Origin: a virus
Taxonomy: Duplodnaviria > Caudoviricetes
Reading direction: 5' to 3' (one strand)
IMG/VR virus record: IMGVR_UViG_3300042807_000082
Span: 1 to 54,437 of that record
DNA length: 54,437 nt
Under the pieces are notes generated by a model. The model did not search any database. It was not told the origin of the DNA and saw only the letters and a program-made list of their open reading frames with translations. This document shows, piece after piece, positions 16,256-26,033 of this stretch; the first letter of the stretch is position 1, and each line of letters begins with the position of its first letter. Position numbers and translations under genes: made by a program.

Positions 16256-17206
16256 ATGTCTCTACCACGAGCCGTTTTAGCGGCAGAAGAAAAGGCTGAA
16301 CAAGCCCTTCAACAACTCAAGGCTTCAAGAGAAGCACCGCAGTCAGAAGTCGAGCAACCTCAGATGGAGTCTTCGCAAGAAGCCCAGCAAGAGGATATGC
16401 AGACCGAAGAGGTTCACGCCCATAGCGATGCAGAACCAGCGGAACAAGTCGAGCAGACCTACGAGGCTCCTCCTAGTACAGAGGAAGACCAGAAGTGGGA
16501 AGCCCGATACAAATCTCTGAACGGGAAATACCAAGCAGAGGTTCCGAGACTAGCGGCGGCAAACAAAGAATTGCAAGCCCAGTTGCAACGCCTCCAGAAG
16601 CAAATGGAGGAATTGAAGACAGCGAAACCAAAAGAATCGCTGATCAAACCTGAAGAGTTACAAGAGTACGGTGAGCCGTTGGTGGATCTAATCCGCCGTG
16701 CGGCACGAGAGGAGATCACAGCGAAGGATGCTGAGATCAACGAACTCCGTAATCGACTCGAAGGCTTCGAGGTCACAGCCAGCAAGAGTGTCGAGTTAGG
16801 TTTCTTTGAAAAACTTAACGCGATGGTTCCTGACTGGATGGAGATCAACGAGGACAAAGAGTTTCACTCTTGGTTGGATCAATACGATGACTTGGCTGGA
16901 CGCCGCCGACAAGACCTACTTGCGGATGCGGAAGGAGCAAAGGACGCGACTCGCGTTGCCAACTTCTTTAATGCGTGGAAGAAGACTCAAGCAATTCGGA
17001 AGGTAACCGCTAATCGGAACCTCGAATCTCAGGTCGTGCCTTCAAGCACACAAACCAACACCAAGCCACCCGGTAAAAAAATCTGGACTCGCTCCGAGAT
17101 CGCAGAGTTTTACCAACGTGCTAGGTCTGGTGAGATCGATCCGAAACAAATGGTTGCCATTGAGGCTGACATCCATGCCGCTCAACTTGAAAAGCGTATT
17201 CGCTAA
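16256..17206 (+). CDS. Scaffolding protein
   Basis: Acidic coiled coil before the capsid gene; WEARYKSLNGKY; ATG 16256 with SD GGAG. Confidence 0.82.
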   Translation: MSLPRAVLAAEEKAEQALQQLKASREAPQSEVEQPQMESSQEAQQEDMQTEEVHAHSDAEPAEQVEQTYEAPPSTEEDQKWEARYKSLNGKYQAEVPRLAAANKELQAQLQRLQKQMEELKTAKPKESLIKPEELQEYGEPLVDLIRRAAREEITAKDAEINELRNRLEGFEVTASKSVELGFFEKLNAMVPDWMEINEDKEFHSWLDQYDDLAGRRRQDLLADAEGAKDATRVANFFNAWKKTQAIRKVTANRNLESQVVPSSTQTNTKPPGKKIWTRSEIAEFYQRARSGEIDPKQMVAIEADIHAAQLEKRIR

Positions 17207-17240
17207 CTAGAGCGCATGGGCATTTGAAAAGGAAATTAAA

Positions 17241-18239
17241 ATGTCTGTATCCACCACTTCTGGCTACTACACCAGTGGCTCAACTACCGACGCTTATACC
17301 GGGAATTTCATTCCTGAGATTTGGTCGGGCAAACTCCAAGTCAAGTTCTACAAATCGACCGTTCTGGGCGAGATCACGAACAACGACTGGGAGGGCGAGA
17401 TCAAGGGTCAGGGCGACAAGGTCAACATTCGTACCATCCCCACGATCACCATCTCTGCCTACACCAAGGGCATGAACCTGTCGAATCAGGTTCCTCAGTC
17501 TAGCCCCATCGAACTGGCTATCGACAAGGGTCGCTATTTCAGCGTCGTTGTTGACGATGTCGATGAAGTTCAGGCTGACGTGAAACTGATGGATATGTTC
17601 ACCAACGATGCCGCCCAGCAGATGAAGATCGCTATCGACAGCGATGTTCTGAACAACGTAGCCGCTAACGCCGCTTCTGCTAACAAGGGTGCTACCGCTG
17701 GTGCCATCTCCGGCAACATCAACCTCGGTGCTACTGGTGCGCCTCTGGCTGTTACCAAGGACGGTGCTTCTTCTACGACTGCTATTCTGGATCTGCTCCT
17801 CGACATGGGTCAGGTTCTGGACGAGCAGAACGTACCTGAAGATGGTCGCTGGGTTGTCATCCCTGCTTGGATGGCGGCTCTGCTCAAGAAATCGGAACTG
17901 CGTCAGGCTTACCTGACTGGTGACGACACCACTCCTCTGCGTAACGGCAAACTCGGCATGATCGATCGTTTCACCCTGTACGTCTCCAACAACCTGACAT
18001 CGTTTACCGATTTGGGTTCGGACGGCGCAGAAGGTGGTTCGAGCGGTGCGGCTGACACCACTGCATGGAACATCCTCGCTGGTACCCGTGATGCGATTTC
18101 TTTCGCTTCGCAGATCACCAACGTGGAGACCCTGCGTTCCACTACGACCTTCGGCAACATCATGCGCGGTCTGAATGTCTACGGCTACAAAGTTGTGAAG
18201 CCTGAGGCACTCGTGACTGCTCGTGTTCGCAAGGGCTAA
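17241..18239 (+). CDS. Major capsid protein (HK97 fold, P22/T7-like)
   Basis: FIPEIWSGKL, GEIKGQGDKVNI, LDEQNVPEDGRW, GLNVYGYKVVKPEAL; followed by a terminator. Confidence 0.92.
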   Translation: MSVSTTSGYYTSGSTTDAYTGNFIPEIWSGKLQVKFYKSTVLGEITNNDWEGEIKGQGDKVNIRTIPTITISAYTKGMNLSNQVPQSSPIELAIDKGRYFSVVVDDVDEVQADVKLMDMFTNDAAQQMKIAIDSDVLNNVAANAASANKGATAGAISGNINLGATGAPLAVTKDGASSTTAILDLLLDMGQVLDEQNVPEDGRWVVIPAWMAALLKKSELRQAYLTGDDTTPLRNGKLGMIDRFTLYVSNNLTSFTDLGSDGAEGGSSGAADTTAWNILAGTRDAISFASQITNVETLRSTTTFGNIMRGLNVYGYKVVKPEALVTARVRKG

Positions 18240-18253
18240 GTAGTAACCAAGTG

Positions 18254-18283
18254 AGAGGGGGGCGAATCGTCCCCCTCTTTTTT
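18254..18283 (+). terminator. Intrinsic terminator after the capsid gene
   Basis: AGAGGGGGGCG...CGTCCCCCTCT plus T-run. Confidence 0.85.
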
Positions 18284-18294
18284 ATCGAGGTCAC

Positions 18295-18579
18295 ATGAAA
18301 TATCTACGAGACAAGAGAGACGGCGACCTCTGGGGATGGACTCCTCAGTTGGCAGAAAACCCTGACATGGAAGAAGTTGAGATCACCTCCTTCGCCAAGT
18401 CTGAGCCAGTAGTCGAGCAGGTCAAAGAGGTTAAGCAAAAGCGCAAGACCTACAAAGAATTGCTCAAACAAAAAGCAGAACAACTTGATGGGGGTGCAGA
18501 TGAAGAAGCAAGTGTGGGACAAACCGAACCCAAACAAGAAGAGCAAGCCCCTGAGTCCGGCGCAGAAAGCCAAGGCTAA
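18295..18579 (+). CDS. Hypothetical protein
   Basis: SD GAGG; C-terminus overlaps the next gene. Confidence 0.65.
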   Translation: MKYLRDKRDGDLWGWTPQLAENPDMEEVEITSFAKSEPVVEQVKEVKQKRKTYKELLKQKAEQLDGGADEEASVGQTEPKQEEQAPESGAESQG

Positions 18580-18649
18580 AGCATCAGCCAAAGCCAGCGG
18601 TAGACCTTACCCCAACCTGATTGACAACATGAAGGCGGCTAAGAAATGA
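18500..18649 (+). CDS. 49-aa basic protein (not in ORF track)
   Basis: MKKQVWDKPNPNKKSKPLSPAQKAKAKASAKASGRPYPNLIDNMKAAKK; ATGA-coupled to 18646. Confidence 0.75.
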   Translation: MKKQVWDKPNPNKKSKPLSPAQKAKAKASAKASGRPYPNLIDNMKAAKK

Positions 18650-18957
18650 AAGCAAAGGACGTTAAGAAGGAAGGCGGCAAGTTGGTATATCGGGGTCATG
18701 AGTTCCCCGGATTCAACAAGCCCGTCAAGGCTCCTGCTGGAGCCAAAGAAAAGAAGATGGTTCTTGCCAAGAAAGGCGACGAGGTCAAACTCGTTCGCTA
18801 CGGTCTGCGTGGGATGGAAGACTTCACCCAGCACAAAGACCCAGAGCGCAGGAAGAACTACCTAGCCCGTTCTGCCGGTATCAAGGACAAGAACGGTAAG
18901 CCAACCAAAGACGATGTGTTCAGTGCGAACCACTGGGCAAGAAAAGATTTGTGGTGA
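18646..18957 (+). CDS. Small basic protein
   Basis: FPGFNKP...VKLVRYG...RRKNYLAR...SANHWAR.LW. Confidence 0.75.
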   Translation: MKAKDVKKEGGKLVYRGHEFPGFNKPVKAPAGAKEKKMVLAKKGDEVKLVRYGLRGMEDFTQHKDPERRKNYLARSAGIKDKNGKPTKDDVFSANHWARKDLW

Positions 18958-18960
18958 AAC

Positions 18961-19290
18961 ATGGCGACATTTCAGAACGTAATTGACAACGCACGAGTGT
19001 TCCTCAAGGACGCAGACAAGGTCCGCTACACGGACGCTCAGATGTTGGTTTATGCAAATGAGGCTGTGCGAGAGGCACGTCGTTTGCGCCCCGACTTTTT
19101 CTTCGGGACCTACGCAACCGCACTGAGTACTTATGCTTTGTCAGATACGTTCCCGTTGCCCGATGAGTACTCGCTCTATGTGAGTGACTTCCTCGTTGGT
19201 AGGGCTGAGATGGTGGACGATGAGTACGCCAACGAATCTCGTGCCATCGGTTTGATGAACAGATTGCGTCAGGGGTTAATCGCACTATGA
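18961..19290 (+). CDS. Head-tail adaptor-like protein
   Basis: Position; R..L.D...RYTD...NEAV...RPD pattern. Confidence 0.6.
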   Translation: MATFQNVIDNARVFLKDADKVRYTDAQMLVYANEAVREARRLRPDFFFGTYATALSTYALSDTFPLPDEYSLYVSDFLVGRAEMVDDEYANESRAIGLMNRLRQGLIAL

Positions 19291-19943
19291 GCAAAGCGTA
19301 CTCAACATTCCTCGATTACGTCATGCCCTATGCACAGGGCGTGACCAAGCAAATCGCAGAGCATGAGATTCGGAACACCTGTATCGAGTTCTGCGAGAAA
19401 ACACTAATCATCCAGCGTGACCATGACCCGGTGACTGTCGTCAGCGGCATTGTGGATTACGACCTTGAGCCTCCTTTGGCTAACCACCTGATCGTCAAGA
19501 TCATGAAGATGTGGTTCAAGGATCAGGAGATGGAGGCTGTGATGCCTGATAACGTCACCGATCCAACGCTGTACAACAAGAATTATGACGGCGCGATTGT
19601 CAACAAGTCTGTCCCTACTGTGTACTTCCAGAAGGATGAGCGGACTTTCACAATCTCTCCCGCCTCGCTGAACACGGAGCGCAGTGGCATCACGATGCGA
19701 GTGGCTCTAAAGCCCACTCGGTCTTCGACCACTGTTGAGGACGTACTGCTGGAAGATTACGCCGACATCATTGGTGCTGGCGCATTGGCACGGCTCCAGT
19801 ATCAAACTGGCAAGCCCTATTCGGACGCAAAGTCCGCAACCATCAATCAGGTCAAGTTTGAGAAAGGCATGAACGTGGCTCGTCAAAGAGCCAACCGTGG
19901 CTATGTCCGCTCTGACCTGAGAGTACGGATTCCGGGGATCTAA
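19287..19943 (+). CDS. Tail adaptor / tubular protein A-like
   Basis: IEFCEKT, ALKPTR, GALARL motifs; position. Confidence 0.65.
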   Translation: MSKAYSTFLDYVMPYAQGVTKQIAEHEIRNTCIEFCEKTLIIQRDHDPVTVVSGIVDYDLEPPLANHLIVKIMKMWFKDQEMEAVMPDNVTDPTLYNKNYDGAIVNKSVPTVYFQKDERTFTISPASLNTERSGITMRVALKPTRSSTTVEDVLLEDYADIIGAGALARLQYQTGKPYSDAKSATINQVKFEKGMNVARQRANRGYVRSDLRVRIPGI

Positions 19944-20279
19944 ATGGCAGAGAAGATCAAACTTGTTCAGGGTGACACTGGTCCCCAGTTGCGCCTAACC
20001 CTGACAGATGAGGACACTGGCACAGCCACTGACCTGACTGGCGCAACCGTCACCCTGCACTTCCGTGCGGCTGGCTCGACCACCGTTATTTTTTCGCGCA
20101 CCGCAACAATCAACCCTGACACTGCAACGACTGGCGTCTGCTACGTCGAGTGGGCGTCTGGTGACTTGAATGTGGATGCCGGTGACTATGAGGGCGAGGT
20201 AGAAGTCGTCCGCTCTACCGGAGTGCGCGAGACCATTTATGACCTTCTCAAGTTCAAGGTCAGAGAGGACTTCGCATGA
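19944..20279 (+). CDS. BppU-N-like structural protein
   Basis: VQGDTGP...DLTGATV...GDYEGEVEV...F.VREDF. Confidence 0.65.
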   Translation: MAEKIKLVQGDTGPQLRLTLTDEDTGTATDLTGATVTLHFRAAGSTTVIFSRTATINPDTATTGVCYVEWASGDLNVDAGDYEGEVEVVRSTGVRETIYDLLKFKVREDFA

Positions 20280-21322
20280 GATTAACGGCGGCAATTAACG
20301 CGATCACCGCCGCCACCGAACGACTTGGAATCTCGCTGGAGGCTCGTGCATCGCACATCACTCTGCTTGCAGAGTTGGGATTCTTTATCATTCGACGCAA
20401 CCCGGCTGACGGTGTTGTGGTCTCAGACAATTCTTCGGCTCTGGAAGAGGCGCTCATTGCGTTCTTCAAGAACCTCTCAAACAATGCTTCCCTATCCGAT
20501 GCGGTAGCAAGAGACTTCTACAAGGCTCTTACGGATACGGCTGGTCTGACTGATGTACAGGTCATGGACTTCTTCAAGTCCCTGACTGATGCGGTTGGCA
20601 TGACCGATGCCCACGCCGTGGACTTCAGCAAGTATTTGTTTAGTGAGGTGAGCGGAGTTGAGGACACTACATTCATCCTGACCAAGAAGGTCAAGGATGA
20701 CACTGCGTCAATTACCGACTTGGAGTTCTACGAATTCGGCAAGGCTCTGGTTGACTCGTCTGCCATCACTGATGACAGCACGATTGACTACTTCAAGAAC
20801 CCGTCCGAGATTGCCGGTCTGACTGACGTGCAGACCCACGCTTTGACGAAGTTGCTACAAGATGAGGTCACATTCACGGACGACGTGGATGGCGCGGCTT
20901 CAATCTTGGATGACCAAGAGATGTCGTTCTTCAAGACGTTGACCCGTGTGGCAACAGTCTCTGACGACTTCTATCGTCTGATGGCGTATGTCCGGTTGTT
21001 CAACGACTCGGCTTACCTGACAGACACACAAGAAATTGGGTACGGCAAGAACACTGCCGACTCAGTGGCACTTAGCGAAGCCTATTCCAGATACTTCACT
21101 AAGCCTATTAGTGAGCAAGCAACTGTTACGGAGTTGGCTGAGAAGTCATTCTCACGACCCGTGGCTGACGCTTACTCTGCTTCCGACTTCTTCTCGAAGG
21201 AGCCGGGGCTTGGTAAATCGGAATTGACCCTGCTCTCCGACACGGGGTCTTTGCGAAGTCAAGGGTACTGCGACTTCACCTACTTTGCGGAAGACTTCGT
21301 CGGGGCTTCCAGAACCTTTTAA
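20276..21322 (+). CDS. Acidic repetitive structural protein
   Basis: Repeated F.K.LTD..G.TD units; YFAEDFVG C-terminus. Confidence 0.65.
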   Translation: MRLTAAINAITAATERLGISLEARASHITLLAELGFFIIRRNPADGVVVSDNSSALEEALIAFFKNLSNNASLSDAVARDFYKALTDTAGLTDVQVMDFFKSLTDAVGMTDAHAVDFSKYLFSEVSGVEDTTFILTKKVKDDTASITDLEFYEFGKALVDSSAITDDSTIDYFKNPSEIAGLTDVQTHALTKLLQDEVTFTDDVDGAASILDDQEMSFFKTLTRVATVSDDFYRLMAYVRLFNDSAYLTDTQEIGYGKNTADSVALSEAYSRYFTKPISEQATVTELAEKSFSRPVADAYSASDFFSKEPGLGKSELTLLSDTGSLRSQGYCDFTYFAEDFVGASRTF

Positions 21323-21337
21323 CAAGAGGACTTTCTC

Positions 21338-21796
21338 ATGATTATCGATAACCTGAAACTTTCCGGTCAACTGAACATTGTCCTGAAAGACAAAGACGGC
21401 AACGTCAAAGACTCCCGTGAGGTGAAGAACCTCGTGGTGAACGCTGGCTTGGCTTACATCGCAAGCCGCATGGTTGGCACTGCCAAAGATGTGATGTCTC
21501 ACATGGCTCTCGGTTCCGGCACTACTGCCGCCGCCGCTGGTCAGACTGACCTTGTCACCATGCTGGGTTCCCGTGAGGCACTGGACAGCACCACCATCAC
21601 CGGCACGAACAACGAGAAGGTTCAGTACGTTGCTTCGTTCGAGGCTGGCGATGCTACTGGCGCAGTCACTGAAGCCGGTATCTTCAACGCATCGACGAGC
21701 GGCGATATGCTGTGCCGCACCGTGTTTGACGTGGTCAACAAAGCCGCAGACGACACCATGACTGTGACTTGGACGATCACTCTGAGCGCATCTTAA
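21338..21796 (+). CDS. Tail/fibre-associated structural protein
   Basis: KNLVVNAG, MALGSG, GAVTEAGIFNA, VTWTIT. Confidence 0.7.
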   Translation: MIIDNLKLSGQLNIVLKDKDGNVKDSREVKNLVVNAGLAYIASRMVGTAKDVMSHMALGSGTTAAAAGQTDLVTMLGSREALDSTTITGTNNEKVQYVASFEAGDATGAVTEAGIFNASTSGDMLCRTVFDVVNKAADDTMTVTWTITLSAS

Positions 21797-21816
21797 TCGT
21801 CAGGGGGTAGCCAATC

Positions 21817-22029
21817 ATGTCAACGCTAACTCTTCGCAATACGAAGGGGTCGCCTCTGACGAACACGGAGGTTGACAACAACTTCTCCAACTTGAACACA
21901 GACAAGATGGAGAAGAGTTCCAACCTTAGTGACGTTGCAGATGCGGCTACCGCTCGGTCAAACATTGATGTCCCTAGCACGGCGGAAGCGGAGTCTTTCG
22001 CTGTGTCTATGGCAATCGCTCTGGGGTGA
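21817..22029 (+). CDS. Short fibre-associated protein
   Basis: KGSPLTNTEVDNNF, SNLSDV, AIALG end. Confidence 0.65.
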   Translation: MSTLTLRNTKGSPLTNTEVDNNFSNLNTDKMEKSSNLSDVADAATARSNIDVPSTAEAESFAVSMAIALG

Positions 22030-22032
22030 TAC

Positions 22033-22359
22033 ATGGCATTCAAATCTAAAGCAACGCCGAACCTTGGAACGTCTGGTAGCCCATCAACCGTGACGGACAC
22101 AGTCTCCTCTGGAGCAACCGCCACGTTGATCGGTCTATCGATTTCCAACACAACGGCTTCATCTATTACGGCATCTGCAAAGATCAACAAGTCTGGTGGC
22201 ACATCCGCCTTCTTGGTGAAGGATGCGACTGTTCTCCCCGGTGGCGCACTGGCTATTGTCGGCGGCGACCAGAAGGTTGTGCTCGAAGCGGGTGACACGA
22301 TCACCGCTTATGCCAGCGCATCTAACTCTGCCGATGCTGTTGCATCGTATCTCGCATAA
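22033..22359 (+). CDS. Small structural (fibre adaptor-like) protein
   Basis: KVVLEAGDTI motif; follows the AIALG protein. Confidence 0.65.
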   Translation: MAFKSKATPNLGTSGSPSTVTDTVSSGATATLIGLSISNTTASSITASAKINKSGGTSAFLVKDATVLPGGALAIVGGDQKVVLEAGDTITAYASASNSADAVASYLA

Positions 22360-22369
22360 GGGGTAGGCA

Positions 22370-23641
22370 ATGGGTTATATCGGTAACGCCCCGTACCAAG
22401 GTGTACTGACGGGCGGCAATATTCAAGACGGCACTGTCGAGACGACTGACCTTGCGGACGGTGCTGTTACTACTGGGAAGATCAACGATCAGGCTGTTAC
22501 TCCAGTCAAGATGCACAACACGCTTGATCTATCCAGCAAGACATTGACCCTGCCAAGCGGGGCAGTCGGCACTGGGAACATCGCAGATGGTGCTGTGACT
22601 GCGGCAAAGTTAGCCGCTGGTGCGGCTGTTCCGAGTCAGTCCGGTCAATCTGGTAAATATCTAACCACTGACGGAACAACAGCCTCTTGGGCTACTGTTG
22701 ATTTGTCATCCAAGGTTGCAAAGTCCGGCGACACCATGACCGGAACTCTTGCACTCCCTACGCTTAATGCAACAACAGAATTGCAGATTAACGGCACTAC
22801 TCTGGCAAACAACAGTAGGGTTCGTTTGCCGTCTGGCAGTTCAAACCCCTCATCGCCATCAACGGGTGATGCGTATTTGAACAGTTCAACAAAAGAACTG
22901 CGAATCTATACGGGTACAGAATGGGGCTATGTAGTATTTGCGGCTCTCGGCTCCCAACAAAATCCATACGCCTCTATTGCGGCGGCGCAGTCTAACGGTC
23001 AAGCAACCGGTCTTGCGTGGTTCAAAAATTCCAATGGCGACGCTCAACAACTCTATTACGACTCTGCGGACGGAGGCTGGATACTCGTTGCAAGTAACGA
23101 CCAGAGGTCGTCAGTATTGCCCACAGGCACTAGCCGAAATAGTTTGTCGTATACGCTAAATCGAAACGGCACCATGGGGGCAATTGGGACTCCTGACCCA
23201 AATAGTGACTACATTATTGGGGCTTGGATCAACAACTATTCGTTTTCCCGCGCCAGATGCATTGCCTTTGGTAGGGGGAGTACGAACGGGACGTACTCGT
23301 TTACAAATAGAGGGACGTATGTTGATGCTCAATTCAATACCACATCGCGTAGCCAGATAGTTGCTAGAGCCAACGTGTCAATCTCTGGGAACGACTCAGT
23401 GTATTCAACCGCAAACTATTGGTGCGTTGACGGAATACAAGCAGATTACAACGCCGACGGTTCAATTGGTGCGAACAGCAATCAAACCACCATCGGAATG
23501 GTTGGTGTGAACGCGTCTTCAGGCGACCCAACATCTGGTTGCTATTTTGGGCACGGTGACGGTGAAGACCCCGGTGAAGGCTATTACTCTAGCAACGGCA
23601 CTGCCTATAACTGCCAAGGCTACACGACATGGGTGAGGTAA
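22370..23641 (+). CDS. Tail fibre 1
   Basis: MGYIGNAP start, DGAVTxxK repeats, KSGDTMTG, DGGWIL fibrinogen-like C-terminal domain. Confidence 0.8.
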   Translation: MGYIGNAPYQGVLTGGNIQDGTVETTDLADGAVTTGKINDQAVTPVKMHNTLDLSSKTLTLPSGAVGTGNIADGAVTAAKLAAGAAVPSQSGQSGKYLTTDGTTASWATVDLSSKVAKSGDTMTGTLALPTLNATTELQINGTTLANNSRVRLPSGSSNPSSPSTGDAYLNSSTKELRIYTGTEWGYVVFAALGSQQNPYASIAAAQSNGQATGLAWFKNSNGDAQQLYYDSADGGWILVASNDQRSSVLPTGTSRNSLSYTLNRNGTMGAIGTPDPNSDYIIGAWINNYSFSRARCIAFGRGSTNGTYSFTNRGTYVDAQFNTTSRSQIVARANVSISGNDSVYSTANYWCVDGIQADYNADGSIGANSNQTTIGMVGVNASSGDPTSGCYFGHGDGEDPGEGYYSSNGTAYNCQGYTTWVR

Positions 23642-23645
23642 CAGA

Positions 23646-24008
23646 ATGATCTACGGACTTTTTTTAAGCCTTGCAAAACGGTACAAGGTTTTTGTGGACT
23701 ACGAAGTTGACCAATCCACTACTGGTTACAACGCAATCAATTGGCTGTCTTCAAGCCCTAAGCCAACCGAGTCTGAAATGAACGCATGGGTCATCGCAGA
23801 CAATGAAGAAGCCGCCTTGTCTGAAGTTCGTCTTCAACGTGATCGGCTTTTGGCGGAGACTGATTGGTGGGCTTTGTCAGATGTTGGCTCCACTCCTAAA
23901 AGATTGGCTTATAGGCAAGCACTCCGTGACATCACAGATGACCCGTCTAACTGGAGCGTGAATGCGAACGGCGACGTTACTGTCACATTCCCAACAAAAC
24001 CGGCGTAA
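23646..24008 (+). CDS. Tail fibre assembly chaperone
   Basis: RLQRDRLLAETDW...YRQALRDIT...FPTKP. Confidence 0.8.
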   Translation: MIYGLFLSLAKRYKVFVDYEVDQSTTGYNAINWLSSSPKPTESEMNAWVIADNEEAALSEVRLQRDRLLAETDWWALSDVGSTPKRLAYRQALRDITDDPSNWSVNANGDVTVTFPTKPA

Positions 24009-24017
24009 GGAAATTAC

Positions 24018-26024
24018 ATGGCTTATATCGGCAACGCACCCGGGGTATCGTCGCAACGTACTGTAAGTACGTTCACGGCTACCTCTGGTCAGACTACATT
24101 CACACCGTCCAGTGGCTACACGCCCGGGTACATCGACGTGTACCAGAACGGTGTCAAACTGATTATTGGTGAAGACTACACGGCATCCAATGGCACGACA
24201 GTCGTACTGACTGCCGCCGCCTCTGCGGATGACGTTGTCGAGTGTGTTGCCTATCTGCCCCGTGGTCTGTCTGATGGGTACACCAAGGCGGAGGCTGATG
24301 CTCGTTACATGAGCATCAACGAAGAGACTCTGCCAAGCCAGACTGGTCAGTCTGGAAAGTATTTGACCACTGACGGCACCGACCCATCTTGGTCAACGAT
24401 TGCTCAGCCCACCCCCACTTCGGTAAGCGACCAAAACAATACGAGTACTGGATATTTTGATTTGCCAGCCGGTACAACAGCACAAAGACCTGCGTCACCT
24501 CAGGCTGGCAACATTCGGTTTAACACCACCACATCGCTGGCTGAGTACTATGATGGTTCTGCATGGAAGCAATTAGACTCGCCTCCATTGGTGACTTCTA
24601 TATCTCCGACCACCACTACCACTGCCAATGAAGAGATCACTATTAACGGTCTGTTTTTTGCCTCTGGTGCAACCGTAAAATTTGTTGGTAGCGACGCCAC
24701 TGAGTACAACTCGCCTGTGGTGACATTTGTTTCTTCCACACAAATTACTGCACAGACCCCATCAACGTATCTGCCAGCCGGTAAAGAGCCGTACTCAATT
24801 TTGGTGACCAACCCATCTGGCTTGAGTGGGAATTTGTCGGATGCACTAGACGCTGGATCGACGCCGACTTGGACCACCTCAAGTGGTCAGTTGGTCCCAT
24901 CTGTTCTTTACGAGGGGGAGATACTTCAGAACACCACTTTGCAGGCATCAGATCCAGATGGCACATCAGTGTCTTTCTCCCTTGCATCAGGTAGCAACCT
25001 ACCTTCCGGCTTGTCTTTGAATTCTTCCACCGGAGTTATTTCTGGAGCGCCTTCTGCGGTATCTTCCGATACCAATACTTCGTTTGCTGTGCTTGCGAAC
25101 TCCGCTTCTGATTCAACATCCAGAACATTCCAAATCAATGTAACAGATGACGAGTCTGCGGCTTATGAACCCAACCTGAAACTATGGCTTCGAGCCGGTT
25201 GGAATGGGCAGTCCACCGGAAACAAGGAAGGTCAAACACTTCCAGCGGCAAAGTACGCCTCAAGTTATGACCAGAGTGGCGTGGTTCGAGTCATCAACTC
25301 GATGGTCATTGACTCGTCAAATCAGAACTCCAGTCCAGTTAGCAGTTCCAAGTTCATACTTGATGCCCAAGGCGGCGTCTCTGGTTTGAATACGCTTGCC
25401 AAGCAAAAAGATCAGTACGCTTATATGTGCGACGGAGGTGACTCATTTTGGCTACCACTGCCGACAGACAATAGCGTCTTTGCAGGCAACAGTGGCAACC
25501 ACACTATCTGTTATTGGATCATGTGGGAAGATCGCAGCGCAAATACTAGCGGTAACGTTTTCAGCCCAACATTCCACTCTTGGAGTGGCAACGGTAACGG
25601 CAATGCTTTTGTGGCGCACGATTGGTACACAAATGGCACTGGCAATGTTTACTTACAGCATTACGCCAATTCAGCGGGTCAAGGCTCTTGGACAACTCCA
25701 AACATTTCAGGTGGGTCTAACGGCAACAAGGGCGTTTGGTTTCACATAGGCATCACATATACGAATGGCGCGATAGCCATCTATTTGAATGGAGTTTCTC
25801 AATCTCATAGCCTTAGCAATACCGGAACTTGGCCGTCTATTGGCTCCGGTCAAACGGTGAACTTTAACGGTCGTGGAGACGGGACATCTGGCGGCTTGCC
25901 CGGCACTTATGCGACAGGCAATGCCGGTTACAAGATGCAAGCAGACTTGCGCTATTACAACACTCCATTGAGTGCTGGAGCAATTGCGGACATCTACAAC
26001 AAGACGCGAAGCAGTTTTGCATAG
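24018..26024 (+). CDS. Tail fibre 2 (Ig-like domains plus LamG/ConA-like domain)
   Basis: ATSGQTTF, GTTAQRP, IPT-like and LPSGLSLN Ig repeats, WFHIGITY...IYLNG, LRYYNTPLS. Confidence 0.8.
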   Translation: MAYIGNAPGVSSQRTVSTFTATSGQTTFTPSSGYTPGYIDVYQNGVKLIIGEDYTASNGTTVVLTAAASADDVVECVAYLPRGLSDGYTKAEADARYMSINEETLPSQTGQSGKYLTTDGTDPSWSTIAQPTPTSVSDQNNTSTGYFDLPAGTTAQRPASPQAGNIRFNTTTSLAEYYDGSAWKQLDSPPLVTSISPTTTTTANEEITINGLFFASGATVKFVGSDATEYNSPVVTFVSSTQITAQTPSTYLPAGKEPYSILVTNPSGLSGNLSDALDAGSTPTWTTSSGQLVPSVLYEGEILQNTTLQASDPDGTSVSFSLASGSNLPSGLSLNSSTGVISGAPSAVSSDTNTSFAVLANSASDSTSRTFQINVTDDESAAYEPNLKLWLRAGWNGQSTGNKEGQTLPAAKYASSYDQSGVVRVINSMVIDSSNQNSSPVSSSKFILDAQGGVSGLNTLAKQKDQYAYMCDGGDSFWLPLPTDNSVFAGNSGNHTICYWIMWEDRSANTSGNVFSPTFHSWSGNGNGNAFVAHDWYTNGTGNVYLQHYANSAGQGSWTTPNISGGSNGNKGVWFHIGITYTNGAIAIYLNGVSQSHSLSNTGTWPSIGSGQTVNFNGRGDGTSGGLPGTYATGNAGYKMQADLRYYNTPLSAGAIADIYNKTRSSFA

Positions 26025-26033
26025 GAGTTTTGA

